DNA of 20,118 nt. Origin: Cyanophora paradoxa CCMP329 (lineage: Eukaryota; Plantae; Glaucophyta). Of the stretch, positions 17,883 to 20,118 are shown piece by piece. The notes beneath the pieces were generated by a model. The model did not search any database. It saw nothing but the letters and a program-made list of their open reading frames with translations, and was not told where the DNA came from. The stretch covers positions 1-20,118 of the forward strand of contig QPMI01000509.1 of assembly GCA_004431415.1 (NCBI GenBank), in the 5' to 3' direction. The stretch's first letter is position 1, and each line of letters begins with the position of its first letter. The position numbers and the translations under genes were made by a program.

Positions 17883-18910
17883 ATGGCCAAGGACCCCAAG
17901 AAGCCGAAGAAGCCGAAGGCGGCCAAGCCCCAGCCCGCCCAGCCCGCAGGCGCGGCCCCGGCCCCGCCCCCGGGCCGCCAGGCCCGGCTCGGGCTCGGCA
18001 CGCCCCCGCCGCCGGCGCCAGCTGCGCCATGGGCATGACAGAGGACGGCCAGCAGCTCACGCCCGAGCAGGTCAACGCCTTCCTCGACAACTCGAAGACG
18101 GGCGGCATCGAGCGCATGGCCTGCCTGCCGGCTCAAGTGGTTCGACGTGAACACCGTCAAGTCCGACGCCACGTCGTCTGCGTCGGCAAGCGGCGCACGG
18201 CAAGTCCTTCTTCCTCGCGATCTCATGTTCAACCTCTCGGCACCTTCCCGGGGGTATCGTGAATCAGCCAGACCGATCGCCTGAACGGGTACTGGAAGCA
18301 GTACATCCCGCAGCGCTTCATCTGGCCCAAGTACAACCCGGGGTGCTCTTCCATTTATTCAGGAGGCAGCAGGCGATCATGCAGCACAACAAGTCCGAAG
18401 ACGTGCTCGCGGGAAAGGAGGATCCCGTCGACCCGCGATTTTTCGTGCTGCTCGACGACGTGATTTCCGACGCTCGGCTGCGGTACGACGAGGCCCTCAA
18501 CGAGCTCTTCGTGGCGGGGCGCCACTACAAAATCATGACCCTTATCACGACGCAGTATGCCAAGGGCATCAATCCCGTCCTGCGCTCCAATACTGATCTG
18601 GCTGTCATTTTCAAGTGCTCGCAGGCGATGCAGCGCGAGGCCCTCGCAAAGGAGTGGGGCACATCATATCCCCAGCGCGCCTTCTACTACCTGCTCGATA
18701 AATACACGCAGGATAACCACTGCCTTATCATCGATTCTTCCAACAACTCTACGAACCCTCTGGACGTCCTTACGTCTACAAGGCCGAGGAGCCGCCCCCG
18801 TTCCGCAATCGGATCCAAGGAGTACTGGGAGGGCGAAACCGTCAACGGGAAAATCTCGTGGGTCCGGACGACGGCACGGTGGACAAGACGCTCCTCGGCA
18901 TGATAGATAA
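17883..18910 (+). CDS. A32-like (FtsK/HerA) DNA packaging ATPase, NCLDV type (frameshifted)
   Basis: VVCVGKRRT/GKSF Walker A, FFVLLDD Walker B, LFVAGRHYKIMTLITTQY, LRSNTD, CLIID and IGSKEYW; Lys/Pro/Ala-rich N-terminal extension. Confidence 0.95.
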
Positions 18911-18964
18911 TTTCAGGAAGCACCGCGGCCTCGCCTGATTTTTTCTGAGGCTTCGTGCGTAACC

Positions 18965-19310
18965 ATGTCGCCCAGCGCCCACATCGCCTCCGTCTTCCGC
19001 GTCGAGTCCATCGCCTACGACTGCCTCCTGGAGGCCAGCCTCGACCCCTCCTCGCCCTTCAACGACGGCGAGGTCAGCAGCGCCCTGGAGAGGATCTGCG
19101 ACGCGCTGGGAATTAACTGGGAGCGCCTGACCGGGAGGCGGCGGACGAGGCCGCGGCCGAGTCGCTGGGAAGCGAGACACCAGCTCGGAGGAGATGACGA
19201 CGAAGAGGGAGACAGGGTTATTTACGTGCGCGACCCGGACGATTTTTGCGACCTCGGAATCGGGCTCGGAGGAGAGGAAGAGAGAAGAGGACGAGGACTC
19301 CGACGCCTAG
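18965..19310 (+). CDS. Hypothetical protein with acidic C-terminus (frameshifted)
   Basis: MSPSAHIASVFRVESIAYDCLLEASLDP...ICDALGINWERL...DDDEEGDRVIYVRDPDDF / EEDEDSDA*; TTTTCTGAG upstream. Confidence 0.6.
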
Positions 19311-19345
19311 GCGCGCCCCTTAAAAAATTTCCGAGGCCCCAGGAA

Positions 19346-19676
19346 ATGTCAAAGGTGCTCCTAGGGCTCTCCCAGGCTATCGTGCAGTACGCCCTCGGCC
19401 TGGCATCCGGCTCCCTCATCGACGCCGCCTTCTCCTCGCACGAAGGCGAAAACAGGCGGGCCACGCGGCGAGCTCGCCGCAGTCGCCGTCAACGGCCTCT
19501 CCCTCGGCCTGCTCTCGAAAATACGTGCTCACCCTCAAGTTTTCGACGACGACCCCGGCGGAATTATGTTCATCCTCGGATTTACACACGGGCAGACGAA
19601 CATGCTAATCAAGGCTACCAGCGCTAGCTTCGGAATCAAGCAGGCGCTCGAGCGGAAGGCCGCCCGCGATCACTAA
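19346..19676 (+). CDS. Hypothetical multi-pass membrane protein (frameshifted)
   Basis: MSKVLLGLSQAIVQYALGLASGSLIDAAF / LAAVAVNGLSLGLL / DDDPGGIMFILGFTHGQTNMLIKA...DH*; AATTTCCGAG upstream. Confidence 0.6.
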
Positions 19677-20118
19677 AGAGTAGGAAGAATGCAGTCGTTG
19701 TACTCGCAGATCCTGTTCCAAATCGAATCTAACTCCGAGAGTTTCTGCCTGCTCTTGAGCAAGGGGAAAAAGGGGAGGTGCTGGGGCAAATCTAGCAGCA
19801 CGAAAATCTGCCTGAATACGTAATTGTAGTTGAGCATGTTCTTCCTGCCCTGCGACTGAACAATGCTGAAGGGGACCTCCACCAGGGCGAACATCTCCTG
19901 CACCGGTCCATATCCTCCGCGCTCATCGGAGGCGGGCGCTCGCCCGTGATGCGCCACTTGATCTGCGCCCAGCGCTCGATGTACTTCTGCTGGCTTCAGA
20001 GCCCGGAGAACTTGGCGGATATTGTCTTTGCTCCACTCCTTCCCCGCCATGCGCCTCGCAATAGCTGCCAGCACGTCCTCGTCGGACAGGTGGAGAATCC
20101 TCCAGGCAGTGCTGCTTA
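19673..20118 (-). CDS. VLTF3: Viral late transcription factor 3 (poxvirus A2-like), 5' truncated by window
   Basis: IRQVLRAL / KYIERWAQIKWRITG / EMFALVEVPF...RKNMLNYNYVFRQIFVLLD...FPLLKSRQKLSELDSIWNRIC is the typical VLTF3 C-terminal signature. Confidence 0.95.
   Translation of the reverse strand, partial: SSTAWRILHLSDEDVLAAIARRMAGKEWSKDNIRQVLRALKPAEVHRALGADQVAHHGRAPASDERGGYGPVQEMFALVEVPFSIVQSQGRKNMLNYNYVFRQIFVLLDLPQHLPFFPLLKSRQKLSELDSIWNRICEYNDCILPTL

Larger units (their letters stand above)
1..20118. mobile_element. Segment of a small Nucleocytoviricota-related (Yaravirus/Mriyavirus-like) dsDNA virus genome, free or endogenous
   Basis: NCLDV-type MCP, A32 ATPase, VLTF3, A22-like RuvC, D5-like SF3 helicase and DUF2738-like SSB co-occur within 20 kb with very short intergenic spacers. 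No cellular genes or host flanks are visible. Confidence 0.8.

Noticed and set aside
18965-19627. Single 220-aa protein as listed in the ORF track
   Set aside because: It appears to be an indel-caused fusion of two genes; an internal AATTTCCGAG motif and ATG 19346 mark a separate gene.
1-20118. Polinton/PLV/virophage or bacteriophage identity
   Set aside because: MCP and ATPase motifs are NCLDV-like and VLTF3 is present; no protein-primed PolB, integrase, adenain protease, terminase or tail genes were seen; introns and Kozak-like starts indicate a eukaryotic host.

Overview
The window reads as a gene-dense, GC-rich segment of a small eukaryotic dsDNA virus of the Nucleocytoviricota type, most like the small Yaravirus/Mriyavirus-type relatives; it could be free or endogenous. 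Recognisable core genes are a D5-like SF3 helicase (473-~3909, +), a DUF2738/T7-like ssDNA-binding protein (9112-9856, +), a DUF5767-like protein (9944-10743, -), an NCLDV-type double jelly-roll major capsid protein (12325-13691, -), a DUF5679 zinc-ribbon protein, a poxvirus A22-like RuvC Holliday junction resolvase (-), an A32-like packaging ATPase (+) and VLTF3 (-, truncated by the window edge). About 20 small hypothetical or membrane genes fill the rest. Almost every gene is broken by single-base indels, so gene models were stitched by eye across frames and many boundaries are approximate. Four non-coding signals stand out: (1) GTGCGC...GCGCAG spliceosomal introns in the helicase gene; (2) a nested inverted-repeat locus at 6525-8040 with eight TTCCGTCATGG boxes around an AT-rich core, a candidate origin or fused genome termini; (3) a WTTTCYNAR motif shortly upstream of about 18 start codons; (4) a TCACCTGA/TATA/CACACT promoter module repeated before three tandem genes. 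Family assignments come from motif recognition only; no searches were run.
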